Assembly (NCBI RefSeq): GCF_000150275.1
Contig: NW_002060947.1
Location: 1,911,740-1,975,739 of the forward strand
Direction: 5' to 3'
Source: Trichoplax adhaerens
Taxonomy: Eukaryota; Animalia; Placozoa
Length of the DNA: 64,000 nucleotides
Shown: one piece after another, positions 51,801-64,000 of the stretch
How the letters are laid out: the number at the start of each line of letters is the position of its first letter
Position numbering within the stretch: the first letter of the stretch is position 1
Translations under genes and position numbers: made by a program
The notes under the pieces: generated by a model
Databases searched by the model: none
What the model saw: only the letters and a program-made list of their open reading frames with translations
Told to the model about the DNA's origin: nothing

Positions 51801-53082
51801 AGATTTGATTAATGTCTATCTGATTCTAATTCCATTTTTCCTTTCAATTAATGATTTAATAACCATCCTATAGCAGTCACAATTCGACATCAGTAATCCC
51901 TACTGGACGTTACGTCTTGTTGTAGAATCCAATTCGGTAAATTATTATTATTTTAAAACAATTTATACTACTAAATTTTAATTATAAAACTAAATAGAAA
52001 TTGCGCTATCTTCAGACGGAAAATATTGAAATTAAACGTGATACAGAACGTCAGGATGAAATTCAATCCCTAAAGAACGCTTGGGAAGTTGCGGAGCCTG
52101 GTCGATCGGAAAAGGTATAAATTGGATGGTTTAATTTCATTGTACGGATGCAGGTGTTAATGCCTAATTCTATATTGGTCTAGGCTAAATTAATGCGCCA
52201 AAAATTTATTGAAGAATTTGGTATTCCAGAAGATATCATAGAAATAGCTGAAGTTACGAATGAGTTACGAAAAGAGGATTCAATATCGAGTATCAGGCAT
52301 CGTGGTAGTGTCATTGAGGTTGAAAAATCCAAATCGCCCATTCCATCTCCTAAAATACAACGAAAAGTAACGTTAAAGCCCATCGATTTTGGTGAACACA
52401 CACTGTAAGTATAAGTTGAACTTCTCTACATTAAATTGTATGCAAGATATCGAGAATTCAATCTAGTTATTTGTTATTTCAAGCATACATGCATAGTCCA
52501 CTAATTTGATTACGTTATTCACCTGGACATTCTAACTCCTATTCTAAATTCCTTGCTTCCTCTATTTCGAAATGAAAAGGAAAGCGGAAAACGAATCATC
52601 GTTACTGTTGGAAGATATCGAAGATTCTAGACATTTACTGCAACAAAAAACGATCCACGACTATCGGAAACGTCGTGAAGAAGTCCTTTATCGAAGAAAG
52701 GAGGATAAGCAATCACGAAGCGTAACTAAAGAATCTCAACTACAAACAGCCATCGAATTACAGGTATTTGTAATCGTTCTACTACTTTATAGAACTGTGT
52801 AACACTACTATACATAATGATACAATATGAAATCGATGTTAGGGCTAGCTGTTCAAAATCTACTTTCGTTCTTGTGATTAGGGCAACCTTGATAAAATAC
52901 GATATGAAATAAAGAAACCTCGAGAAACCTATAGGCAAAAGTACCTAGAAGCAGAGCGGGCTAAGGCCGAAGCGGCAGCCGCTGCCGCTGCTAAAGCTGA
53001 GGAGAAAACTAGAACTATTTCGCCACCAAAGAAGAAGAAAGGCAAAGAAAAATCACCCAGTCCAAGTAAAAGGAAAAAGTGA
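42871..53082 (+). CDS. ADGB: Androglobin (calpain-like domain, circularly permuted globin split by an IQ motif, C-terminal coiled coil and basic tail), about 1677 aa, 34 exons
   Basis: Exons 42871-42929, 43479-43578 (IPIWPEWSD), 43718-43768, 43947-44057 (FEDPEGKIELP...WKRP), 44156-44440, 44564-44703 (WRKVTVDDYLP...ELWP), 44824-44913, 45037-45218, 45599-45744, 45834-46090, 46231-46707, 46810-46873, 47439-47561, 47636-47666, 47854-48151 (FVDSLKPIELL), 48248-48362, 48460-48615, 48736-48862, 49008-49061, 49176-49322 (IQ motif IKFQALFRGHHVRK), 49433-49529, 49664-49798, 49929-50276, 50390-50471, 50577-50718, 51011-51111, about 51210-51275, 51388-51499 (HKYIIQA), 51612-51781, 51874-51936, 52016-52114 (KRDTERQDEI...AWEVAEPGR), 52184-52404, 52580-52763 and 52882-53082. 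The joined exons form one open frame; a few boundaries in low-complexity parts are tentative. Confidence 0.93.
47667..47853 (+). other. U12-type GT-AG intron in androglobin
   Basis: Donor T|GTATCCTAG, branch site TTTTCCTTAAT (47827-47837) 16 nt before the 3' end, and an A-rich stretch instead of a pyrimidine tract. Junction reads QPYL-F-VDSLKP. Confidence 0.82.
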
Positions 53083-53116
53083 CCGGTTAACACGATCATT
53101 TCGATGCCTTAGCTAC

Positions 53117-53122
53117 AATAAA
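53117..53122 (+). promoter_or_regulatory. Candidate polyadenylation signal of ADGB
   Basis: AATAAA 35 nt after the stop codon; the motif is common in AT-rich DNA. Confidence 0.35.
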
Positions 53123-53789
53123 ACAGATATAAAATTATAAATCCATCTATTCTTTCAATCATTCCAATATAAGAGCTTTATTAAAGATTTATTTCGAGGC
53201 CGATATCCGTAATGGGTAGGCGCAATGATAGCCATATTAATTATCAAGTTTATTAACAGTCTTAAAATTAAAAACTCTTTTTGTTATAACATGTCATACG
53301 AGAGAGAAATGTTGTCAAATAGATTGTTTCCTTCGATCGGGGTTGATTCATTCCGACTATAGAGATGATTAAATCGATAAATCTTCTTGTTTATATGATA
53401 TTAAAGTTAGTAGTGGCATGAAGCATATAATGGCTTTGTATATCAATTTTTGGGGAATTACTTGTGAAGTACAAAGCAATGGAAGAAACGCTAAGCAATA
53501 ATCACTTGGCGTCTATTCCACATAAATTTAGTAATCCTTTAGTATTTACGTATACCGGCAATCTATGTAAAGTTTATAATATTACATCTATCCTTGACAA
53601 CATCAAATTATTTATTTGATAATAATTGAATCGCTTTCTTAAATAGTGCAATAACCATATAATTAGTATTTTGATAGTCAACATTTGAGCTGGTTGTAAT
53701 ATGACAGATGATGGCTATCATTTTTTTCTACAAATACGACTTCATGACTAAAGTTGTACGATTACTTTCTTTATGTTGTCATGATAATT

Positions 53790-54140
53790 GATTTTATAAA
53801 CCTCTCTAATAACTGAGGATGAGCGCTAGAATAAAATTAATATATGCAAATATTGCTGACTAATTTGATATTGGATGGTAACAGAGCCCTCGTATCACAC
53901 CATATTTATTGAGACAATTAACTGAATCTGAAAATAATAGTACTCATGGCTAGAAAAGTGGGCAAGCAGAATAATAATAATTATCACTCGTTCCAACCAC
54001 ATTCAACGAAAGTAACATTAATCAATCTTGGCAGATAATCGTTTTTATAAACCTCTCTAATATCTGAGGATGAACACTTAGAGTATAATTAATATATACA
54101 AATCTTGCTATCTAATCTGATGTTAGATGGCAATGGAGTT
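53790..54140. repeat. Direct duplication of about 95 nt with 250-nt spacing
   Basis: TTTTATAAACCTCTCTAATA.CTGAGGATGA...ATTAATATAT.CAAAT.TTGCT..CTAAT.TGAT.TT.GATGG at about 53792 and 54043. Confidence 0.75.
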
Positions 54141-54869
54141 CAATGAAAGCAACTTTACTCAATGTTAGCAGCTACTTGTATTTAATTAGATACTTTAAGC
54201 CAAGAAGGAGTGTATTATATTCCAAAAGATATGATAATGCTGCAATACTATTTCTTCATTCGATAACAAAACTTAAAATTTATAAATAACTGTTTTATCT
54301 GTTTATTGTTTGTATTACATTATGATACAATAACTTTATCGTATAAATGATGATTACTGTACGAGAACACAAATGAGCTGATATTTCAACAAAATTGGAG
54401 TTTTATTACCAGCCTAAAGACTAACGGTCAGTTCGTAAGCGATTCTTGCTTTTTTTATACTTTTGTAGAGAGTTATTGGGTTGAGTTCTGACAGAATATA
54501 TTCAGTCCGTCAATCATTTTTTTCAGTACTAAGTCTTTAGTTATTTCTTTTGTGTCTTCCCTGATCCAGTAACCTGGTTCGATTGTTTCCCTTTTTGCTT
54601 TTTTTTTGCTTCAAAGTCCCTCAATCGGGTTCAACGCATGAATCATAATAACTAACAGTAATGGACTCTTTCCAATAAAATTATAAGTAAATAAGATTCG
54701 ATTTAAATTAAACATTATTGAACAAAATTGCGATGTAAATTCTTCAAAACATTGACTAAAAATAATTTTTAAATGAAGAGATTCAATTCAAAATCAATCA
54801 TTTTAATAAAATCGCTTTAAATTGAATTTTCTATTAATTTCGTAGGCCAATGCTGTACCGCAATAGCAG

Positions 54870-56200
54870 CAGCGAAATGATAAGGCGTCTGAAACATCAG
54901 TTATAGTAAAAGATAAGATTAGCTTTATGTTAATCTTATTCGATTCATGTTTATGTTTACAAAATAGTTGGTATTGATTGATGGAATATGCTAAACATAC
55001 ACGTATATTATAACTAGCTGTAACCATGTCACGTTCTGTAATAGTTACATGATTAGTATGTTACCTTCTTTCTATATATGGTTAAATATCACGATGTTAT
55101 CACGTCAGGCGTATATAGATGTAGTTATGGTACTATATTAAGGTTATCTATATATGTATTCTCATGTTGCCATACTTGGCATGATAGTCTATTTGTAATG
55201 ACTAAACTAGGGAAACCTTTCTGTTGTTGATGATCTTGTGATCTACGTCAGTAGATCAAAGGTCACAATAAAGAAAGTATATAAACTCTTCGTTTTAACA
55301 ATAAAGTTAGTTCTTCAACTTAATTACTGGGTCTCCTTGCTGAGTGCAGATCTGGTACTTGTTACAAAATTTGGAAGTTGTAACAAACCAATATTACTCA
55401 TATTTGATTTACACAGATAAATCCTTCAAAGTGTCGTCAACAGGCTTAGAAATACGTATGAGTAGATTTGCGCTAAAGATGGAATCTTGTTGGACTCATG
55501 TTTATGTTTACAAAATAGTTTAAAATAAATGACATAATATACTAATCAACTATATATAAAAGAAGAAATGTCTACAATCTCCCTTAATATTGCAATATAA
55601 AATGAAAATGTTATTATATTTACAGTATATCATAGTGTAATTTACGCGCACCATAAATGTACGGGAGACCGTCAGTAATGCAATGGGGATGTTGGTTAGT
55701 TATACGCGTATTCCATAACAGGCTTGAACCGATATTATCCATATTTAATTTATGCAGATAAATGTTTCAAAGTATCAGCAACAAGTTTAGAAATGCTCAT
55801 AAGTAGATTTGCGTCGAAGATAGAATCTTGTTCAACTCACATTTACATTTTAAAAATAGTAAAATAGCTTGCAGTGATTAATGTAATGTACTAATCATAA
55901 ATCGTGTAGGCTTAAGCTGAAATTATCCACCTTATAATAATACGGTTGTATTTCAAGCCCTTATTAGCAAATTTATAAATGCTCATGAATGGATTCAGAT
56001 CGAATGTAGAATCACGTTTAACTTTATTTATGTTTACAAAATAGTTTACCGTGACTGATGTAATATGGTAATCATATATCATAACAAGCTTGAACCGAAA
56101 TTATTCATATTTGATTTACGCAGGTAAATGTTTCAAAGCGTCATTAACGAGCTTGAAAATGTAAATAATTAGATTTGTGTCAAAGATGGAATCTTGTGAT
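54870..56200. repeat. Degenerate dispersed or tandem repeat family
   Basis: TTTATGTTTACAAAATAGTT at about 54950, 55501 and 56027. CAG.TAAAT..TTCAAAG...C..CAACA.G.TTAGAAAT...AGATTTG...AAGAT.GAATCTTG at about 55413, 55754 and 56121. Confidence 0.7.
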
Positions 56201-59200
56201 CGTCAGTAAATTTTATCAGTACTTGCTTTTACGTCACTGATAATATTTTTATTTTGTATCTATGGGTTACGTTTAGTACAAACAACTTGAAAAAATATCC
56301 TGTTGACATAGCCAAAATCAACCCAAAACTAATATTAACGCCTTTGTTTAATGAGCTTAAATGATTAATTATTCATCGATGTGTATAACAGGTTATTTGA
56401 TCGATTGATCATTTTCTTTCATTTTTTGCCCTATTTCGATGCAATTCCTTGCTCCATGCGCTTACAGCATTGATAGTATACAATATAAGCAAAAGCATAT
56501 TGGAGAAGCTGTTTAGTCTATCCAGCATATTCAAGATTTATAAATTTTCTTTAATAGTGTAATTGGCTTTCAATTGTAGACGTCCGTGGTTATATTGTAC
56601 TAATAAATTTACCAAAGAATTTACACTCAAAAGCGTACCTTATCAATATCACTTACGGGAACAGTTTAGAGTCGATTTATTACTATAACCCCTACAATTC
56701 GCAAGTGTTGTAGAGATGAAGCAAATTATCGTGTAAAATTAGAGACATATCATGGCTTTGTGCCATTGAAATGTCGCAATAAATACTATATTTAGTTCAA
56801 TATTAAAATTAGTCTAACAGCTCAAAGGCAGGATTACTGCTCTAAATATTCTTATCGACTAACACTAGATTTACACGAGTATTACTAACCTCTTCAATAC
56901 GACTTTATAGCGTCTTTATTAAATAAAATTTATCGCCTACTTTTATATACTGGAAATTATTACCGATTACTAGCAATTAATTAATTAAGTAATAAAGCTT
57001 TCACGGTCTTAAACTTTTTATTATCGTAGAATAAATTAGTATCGGCGGGTATTCTTTAATGGGTTAATCATAGGGGAATCGAGGCTAAAATTATAACCAT
57101 AAAGTACTCAATTTCATAAAATATGGAAGGTATGGTGAAGCTAGATTAACTTAACGAGATATTAGGTGCTAATTACGGTTAACTGAAACAAAATTAATTA
57201 AAATGATTCTATGAACAATAATGATACAGCCTTCATATAGACAGTGGTACCAATATACTATACTTCATGCATGTTCAATAGTGCAATTTACTGCTATGAA
57301 CTTTGGCTATAGGTGATACAGTGTAAAGATTAATTACATTACCTAGTCTAACAGTAGCTCTTTATTGTAGCAGAATTAACAATAGTTTTAATTAATAATT
57401 AATTTTAAAGCCATTTCTGAGCAGATATTGAAGCTTTGCGTACTAAATAAAGTATATCAAAGGATTGAATTTTTAGCATTTAGCTTTGGATGAAATTTTA
57501 TCCGATTTAAGCAGGAAAATAAAATGTTAGTGGAGGTAATATCGATAGATTTAGAATATCCTCAGCTAGTGAGTCGTGCCATTCTCAGTAAGCATTCATA
57601 CTAACTGTTTTTGTTCTCAAAATAGAATCTTTTAGTCGAAGGAGATAATTTATGGTAATACTGTAAGCTTCATATATGATACTGTAGGCCGTTAACACTT
57701 TAATCATAGCAGCCGTTATCTCTATTAGGCAGGAATTAAATAGTAATAGCGGAGGAAATACCAGTATGTTAAGAATATCTTTAGCTAATACTGCCAAGCA
57801 ATCATGCCATTTCAGTTAACATTACTGTTACACGTTTCATGTTACTCAAAAGCTGCAATTTTTAATAATTTTGAATAACATTGAATGTAAGATAATGATT
57901 AATTAATTGTAGCTACTAATGTTACTGTAATGGTAACAGGACTAAGAATATTAAAAACTGCTGTAAAAATAGAGCTATTTTTGAGGAGATATGCATACAT
58001 TATACAGTATTTGAAGTATGCCAGAATTTGCATTTATAATAAAAAGCCCTTAATGTCGTATGATACTTGCAGAGATTGAGAATACATCTTAGATGAATAT
58101 CATCACCTTCTTTCTAAATAAATTTTCGTCTCTCATAAAGCACTAACATACCATCATTAACGGTATTAACAATTCACTAGAAAATGGAATAGAGTTATCC
58201 TATTTTTAGGCTTTAATAGGGCAAAAGTCATGCTGATCAATTCTTCCTCTTAATTACTCTAATTAGCGTTCAGTTAATTGAACAAGTCGAATAACAATTG
58301 ACACTAAATGCCTTATTCTATCACATTATAAGAGGTAAAAAAATCTCCCTATACTGATCTTTTATAGCTAGAACCATTTTTCCATAAAATTAGTCAATTT
58401 CCTCTCCATTATCATTGCATATGAAGTGCGAATTTTGTAGGATTATGGTGTGGAAAGTGATTTCATATCTACGATAGCATAATCCAGGAGAATCTATTTA
58501 CGTCAGCTGTTAGATGAAATGAGCAGTCGGCAAGTACGCTTAAAATACGCAATGATATTTCAAAAGAGGGTATAACGATCTTTCTGAAGACGGAAAAAGC
58601 GTCATAAATATCAGCAATTAGGAATAATTATTCTTAATCTATGTACAAATCCAATACTTTGAAGTGATTCGATCATTTGCAGTAATTACATGGGCATCAT
58701 CAACACAACCTATCATTTATCGAAGTAGAGATCGATAGCGTTATTTTAAACTAGCTGTTAGAGGTCAGTATTTAGCTGAAAAAATAGAATAGGACGCGAA
58801 AGCTATCCAAATAACATGTTCCTGGAGTCAAAAATAATTGCTGTGCTATTGAGGAAATGCCATTCCAATCGTGAGTAAATTTATGAATTATTCATATCAA
58901 AACTTGTTTTGATTCCATGTTATGATGATTTATACCGTAAGTAGTTATACAATCCATAATGGTCAAAATAGGTTAGTTTATTGTTAATAACATTAGAATA
59001 GGACTATTGAATTGTAAATAAGGGTAAAAATCTTCCAGTGTTTTACCATTCATAATTAAAGGTTAAACAGATAAAGTAACATTGTTATTCTAATGATCTG
59101 GATACAAAAATTTCATTAGAAACAAACGCGTTACTAGGATATCACTAGCAATAGTAATTGGAATTTAATATTAATGATTTTAACACATGCAACTCTACGT

Positions 59201-59729
59201 ATAATAAGCTTTCGATCATCGTTACATCTAATTTCAATTCCAATGATAATTCAATCTCTATATTGATTGGAAGGGTAACAACCACTTGATTAAGAGTCAT
59301 CATATACTGGGATGGCAAAGCAGTCATTGACTGAAATATTAACGAAAGATTACTTCATTCCCAATCCCTTATTTTGGATTAACAGACATCTTGTCTACCT
59401 AAATTAGTTTTCACCATTGGATAGAAACTTTTTACCACTGTTATTTGGTATCTAAGCGAACGATTTATTTCCAATTAATACGAGAATTGGGCCATTTTCT
59501 TACCATCAATCTGTACTTGAAAATCTCTTGCTATGAAAAATCGAAAACTTAAGTAATCCATTTAAATAATTATCAGTTGTTCTACATATGTAATTCAAAT
59601 CAAATATAGAATTTTATTACATCTTATTAAAAGCACTCTGTTAATTATTGGATCATATGACATTAAAGTATAATCACGATCAACAAGTAAAACCATAGGA
59701 ATTGACTTATAAATTCAACTGAACTAATC

Positions 59730-61142
59730 ATGACAGACATCTTTAATTTAACTGAAGTTCAACCAAATCAAAATCGTCAAAAATTGGGCAATCGACGACA
59801 TATATCTATTGCTGTTCCACTTGTTGATCATTCTGAATCGGCAAAATTGCCGTACCCACCAAAGATTAAACGCACAACCACATTCCCTATTTCCAATCAT
59901 AGAACATTATCGCCAACATCTAGAAGTTTACGTTCGCCAGTGCGCCCTACGACTCCCAAACGTTCGTCGAATATTAAAAATATCTATCGTCATGTTTCTA
60001 AATCGAAGAATACATCAGAAGATCATGAAATATCATCAGGTAGCTATCAAATGGATCGTCAGGCCTTATTAGCGCAAATGCACCCAGACCTATTGGCTAC
60101 TCTTTCGGAAGACAGCGGTTCTACTAGAGCTGGTGCTGAAAGTGTCAGTAGCTTTGATAGCGAATCTATAGCAAGTCGTTCATCTCGCTCTAGATTAGCT
60201 TCGCCAAATTTTTCCATGGTTAGCGAAGTGATGGATAAAGGGATTGATGATGATGGCCTTCCCTCTTCATCTATCCAAAAATCGCACCGACGTAGTATAG
60301 CTGTACCTAGTAACAATATTAAATCGAAACAAGAAAATAGAAGGGTATCATTGGCGTTTCCTAAAGCGGCCAATTTATTAAGTAGTAAAGCAAAGGGTAT
60401 TCTCTTTTTACAATCTCGCCGGGCATCAATAAACCCTAATAGACGTAATCCATCGTCACGACGTACGAGTATGAAACCTTCGACGAGTAATCTGTTTGAT
60501 ATCAGCACAACCGATGGAATTGAAGAACCACCGCCATTATCACCTAAAGAACGACCCCATGTTTGCACGCATTTATCATTGGAAGGGCAATATGTCTTAT
60601 TAAAATGTTACGAAGATGTACTTGTCAATAAATTATCTAAAGTATTTCCTGGTACATGGAAAGAATTATTGCGTTGTCGATCGCCTAGCTTAAGAGGTGA
60701 CGAAACTATCGATCGAAATGAAATGCTGTGTACTGGTACAAATCATTTAGATAATATGAACGATAAAAGAAGCAACGAATATACGCAAGTAGAGGAAGAA
60801 AATAACGAACTAGACGATCTCTTTGGCATTAGTATAATCAAAGGGAAAAAGGGAGGAAATAGCTCGCGTAAAAATCAAAGTAAACCATCTTTGCCACTGC
60901 TTCATGTTCCGAAGTGTAAATTACAATTAAGTTTACGTTTTCGTACAGCTACAGATTTATTAGATGCTCTAAAATTGGATCCTAGCGAGCCGATCCAGTG
61001 TCAGAATAAATTAAGTGAGAAGTGGATTGAAAATTTAGTTCATCATCCTTTAAAACATTTTTCAAAATGGTCAAACACATGGCAAACCGACTTTGCATTT
61101 CAAAGTGCTCCAAGCGAACAATTAATGTTGCAAAATAAATAA
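59730..61142 (+). CDS. Intronless hypothetical protein, 470 aa: disordered Ser/Arg/Pro-rich N-terminus and probable small helical C-terminal domain
   Basis: A 1413-nt ORF in AT-rich DNA with an ATCATG start and AATAAA at the stop. No family recognised. Confidence 0.8.
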   Translation: MTDIFNLTEVQPNQNRQKLGNRRHISIAVPLVDHSESAKLPYPPKIKRTTTFPISNHRTLSPTSRSLRSPVRPTTPKRSSNIKNIYRHVSKSKNTSEDHEISSGSYQMDRQALLAQMHPDLLATLSEDSGSTRAGAESVSSFDSESIASRSSRSRLASPNFSMVSEVMDKGIDDDGLPSSSIQKSHRRSIAVPSNNIKSKQENRRVSLAFPKAANLLSSKAKGILFLQSRRASINPNRRNPSSRRTSMKPSTSNLFDISTTDGIEEPPPLSPKERPHVCTHLSLEGQYVLLKCYEDVLVNKLSKVFPGTWKELLRCRSPSLRGDETIDRNEMLCTGTNHLDNMNDKRSNEYTQVEEENNELDDLFGISIIKGKKGGNSSRKNQSKPSLPLLHVPKCKLQLSLRFRTATDLLDALKLDPSEPIQCQNKLSEKWIENLVHHPLKHFSKWSNTWQTDFAFQSAPSEQLMLQNK

Positions 61143-61179
61143 TAAATTTATATAAAAGCAAGCTATCTTAGACTGAAAC

Positions 61180-61535
61180 TACAGCATTTGCATCATATGG
61201 ACGGCTAGGAAAGGTTTTGTATCAGTTCTCATATCTATTGAAACAGTTTTTATATGTCGATTTGATATCAATTTGGATATTTTCCACTGCTGAATTTTAT
61301 TTCTGTCATAGCGCTAGCAATAGAATTGCGATAAATTTAACGGTATTAATATGAGTGGCCGAAACTATTTGCATAATATGAACGACTAGGAAATGTTCCT
61401 ATATTACTTCTCATATCTATTGTAACTATTTTTATTAGTCAATTTATTACAAATTTGAATATTTTCTCTACTACTGATTGCCATTTCCGTTACTGAACTA
61501 GCAATAAAATTGTGATAAATTTAACAGTATTAATG
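61180..61535. repeat. Tandem duplication (about 185 nt, 2 copies) in the 3' region between two convergent genes
   Basis: ATTTGCAT.ATATG.ACG.CTAGGAAA...TTCTCATATCTATTG...CTAGCAATA.AATTG.GATAAATTTAAC.GTATTAAT occurs twice. Confidence 0.8.
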
Positions 61536-62396
61536 CTTAAAGACTTGTGTGATAAACATCAATTCTGCAATTATATGAAATCACTTTTGCAAATTAATAA
61601 AGTGCAATACTTAATAAAGTAATAATTTTAGTTATTCAATTCATGAATTTTCTTGTTAATACCAATACGTTCTCTGCTGTACAAATTTTTAAATTAGAAT
61701 AAGTTGGAAGGACCTTATTTAACATAGCAATGAAATTAGAAAGGTCAAAGCATCGTCTTTATTTACAAAAAAATTGCTCATCATATGGCATATTTGAATT
61801 TTGAAGAGTATACTCATATCTTCAATTTCAGGTTACAACTATTCACTAATAATAATTCACAATATCAGTGGATAAGACAGTGAAGATACCTTAACGGCAA
61901 TATATAACATTATAATTCGGAACATAATCAGCATACGAAGAATTCTTTAATAGTGTAGAATATATAAAGTATTTGATGGATAACCACCTTACTATTGGGA
62001 AAATTGCATATGCTGTATTCAACTTATAAATATTTCAATCAATAAATTTTTATCTAAGGCAAATCAACATAATCAAAGATTATGCGAACTTTGCAAGCAG
62101 CTACTATCAATACTATCAATATCATTTAGACTCGTTAATAACGAATCTTAACATTAGATAAGCTATGTAGTTTAAATTGAATAATAGTATACGTATGCTA
62201 GATAATATATAATAATACAGTAGATAATGTTATAAAAGGAATAGATTAGATGTTTATACAGTTTTATAACCAGATAGAAAGTAATTAGAAGCAAATACGA
62301 GGCAGTTAATAAAGTTGTTTATATTTGACATAATGCCTTATGATATAGGTGACAACATCCATATTATAAATTTATAATAGTCTTAAACCATTTACT

Positions 62397-64000
62397 TTAG
62401 GTATTGGATGGATTATTAGGATCTGAGTCCGCTTCATCATTAGAAAAAGCTGCTTGACGTGTTGATTTCCAACTTAATAATTCTCGTAATGACTCACGGT
62501 TATTTATGTTAATGAATTTCATATAATCTTTAGTCATTTTATGAGCCCTTGCGATACCGTACTGCACCCTAGCTTCGTCAAGTACTTCTGTATCTGTCAT
62601 TTCCTGAGCAACTTTAAAAGCTTTACCAAAGTATTCCACTGCTTTAGAATAATTGCCCTGTTATTTAGAAATTGTTTCAATAATAAAGAATATAAATGAT
62701 AAATCTTGCATTTATAGTAATACCGTTATTGACTAAAAATTAGAAGCTAATACTGCTATAGCAGAACTATTATTACAGATGTCATTACCATTGAGTTAAA
62801 AATTCCTCCCAGTTTGGTACAAGCTTTTCCGAATTCTTTCTGCTGATTACATTTTTCTGCTACTGTAGCAAACTTTTCCAAGTTTTTAAAAGTATTCTCT
62901 ATGTCGTCTTGACTGATATAAGTAAATAAACAGAAGAATCGTTATTGTTTGCGCTAAATTATTATATTAGCGTTGTTTAGATTGAAGTACTCTATTAGGA
63001 AGAGATGATTAATAAATTACCTTTCGTAACAGCTTGCCATAGCTTCATATGCACGAGCTGCGCCAATATCATCTCCTTCTTGTTGGCATATTTCTAGATA
63101 TGAGTTGTGATACTAATATACAAAATTTAGCTTTAGTCTGGCAATCGATACTTACGTATAACTATTATGATAGCATATTATTAACATTATTAATTATTAC
63201 CGTCAGAGCCATTTGTGGATCTCCATTTTCGCTAAATGCCCGTCCAAGCCTGTAGCTTGTTATTCCTTCAGCATGTTTACTACCACCTGGTAAAATACGA
63301 AATAATAATATCTAAATTTAAGTATACCTTCTCTCACGGTATACGCTTTTATAGTTTTGATTAAATGTTGTACAATAGTGGATGTAAACACTACTATATA
63401 ATAAATACTATGTTAAATCTTACCTTCTTTAGCTACATCGTATGCTTGTAGTAAAAATTTAATACTAACTTCAGAATTTTCCCTTGACGTCTATTAGATA
63501 ATAATCATTTCAATAAAATGGTATCAAACATTTTGAAAAGTAATATTTTATCCTAAAGAAACATTAAATTATAGTAGGGGATACCTTAGCAGCAATTGCT
63601 GTATAAACACGGCATAAATGCTCGCAAGCTAAAGGAAACAATTGTTGGCCATCGTCATTTATCCAGTCACGGTTTTTAGTCAAATTATAAAACTCTTCCA
63701 AGTAGGGTAGTGCTTCATTATTTTCGCCTTCAAAATTGGATACCTTAAAATTAGTTATTGTCTGTTTGTATGCCTAAATACACTATTACTTTGGTAAGTT
63801 TTTAGGCGGATTCGATTCCAATATAAAATCTCGCTCTTACGAAATAATCCGATACAGTTAATAACAGTTTATATTTGCACTAAAATAGGTTGTTCATCTA
63901 GATCTGAATACCTCTATCAACAAGTGAAACTCCGAGATTACAATTTGCTTCACTCTGAGTTTTTCCATCATCATGTTCTATAGTTTGTGCTATCTCAAGG
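62397..64000 (-). CDS. TTC29: Tetratricopeptide repeat protein 29 (motile cilia/flagella); 5' part lies beyond the window end
   Basis: Minus-strand exons >64000-63912, 63727-63585, 63490-63424, 63286-63201 (SYRLGRAF), 63112-63021 (DDIGAARAYEAMA), 62912-62789 (ACTKLGGIFN) and 62657-62397 (EARVQYGIARAHKM...LLSWKSTR). TPR-like helices plus a C-terminus matching the recalled TTC29 motif VxYGIAxAH...LLSWK. Confidence 0.85.

Noticed and set aside
53100-59700. Short ORFs of 60-74 aa between ADGB and the 470-aa ORF
   Set aside because: AT-rich translations typical of non-coding DNA, partly within repeats, with no consistent exon chain.
60059-60568. 169-aa antisense ORF
   Set aside because: Shadow of the 470-aa sense ORF, with no independent coding signal.
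63491-63584. TTC29 intron with donor GTATCCCC as a fourth U12 intron
   Set aside because: Positions +7/+8 deviate from GTATCCTT and there is no TTCCTTAAC-like branch site near the acceptor, so it is treated as U2-type.

Overview
Eukaryotic, AT-rich, intron-dense animal genomic DNA. Introns are mostly about 80-300 nt and exon boundaries match the vertebrate orthologues as I recall them. This style and the protein sequences point to an early-branching animal, most likely a placozoan such as Trichoplax (inference, not verified). Splicing by hand gives nine genes: 3' part of Brachyury (+), SFT2 vesicle-transport protein (-), ZDHHC9/14/18-type palmitoyltransferase (-), a fold-type III PLP enzyme with D-threonine-aldolase-type signatures (+), TMEM242 (-), CRYZL1 (+), a complete 34-exon androglobin (+), an intronless 470-aa ORF of unknown function (+), and the 3' part of TTC29 (-). 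Main highlights: (1) Brachyury, SFT2, ZDHHC14-like, TMEM242 and ADGB are linked here as on human 6q24-q27; (2) three U12 minor-spliceosome introns and two GC-AG introns; (3) an intron-rich D-threonine-aldolase-type gene in an animal; (4) androglobin with an RFX X-box in its promoter, two candidate alternative first exons far upstream, and apparent loss of the proximal heme His and the calpain Cys; (5) a palindromic Fox/Pbx/TCF motif cluster in a Brachyury intron. Intergenic DNA is rich in locally derived, degenerate 100-300 nt tandem duplications. I recognised no rRNA, tRNA, CRISPR array or transposase. All homology statements rest on recalled family motifs; no database search was run.
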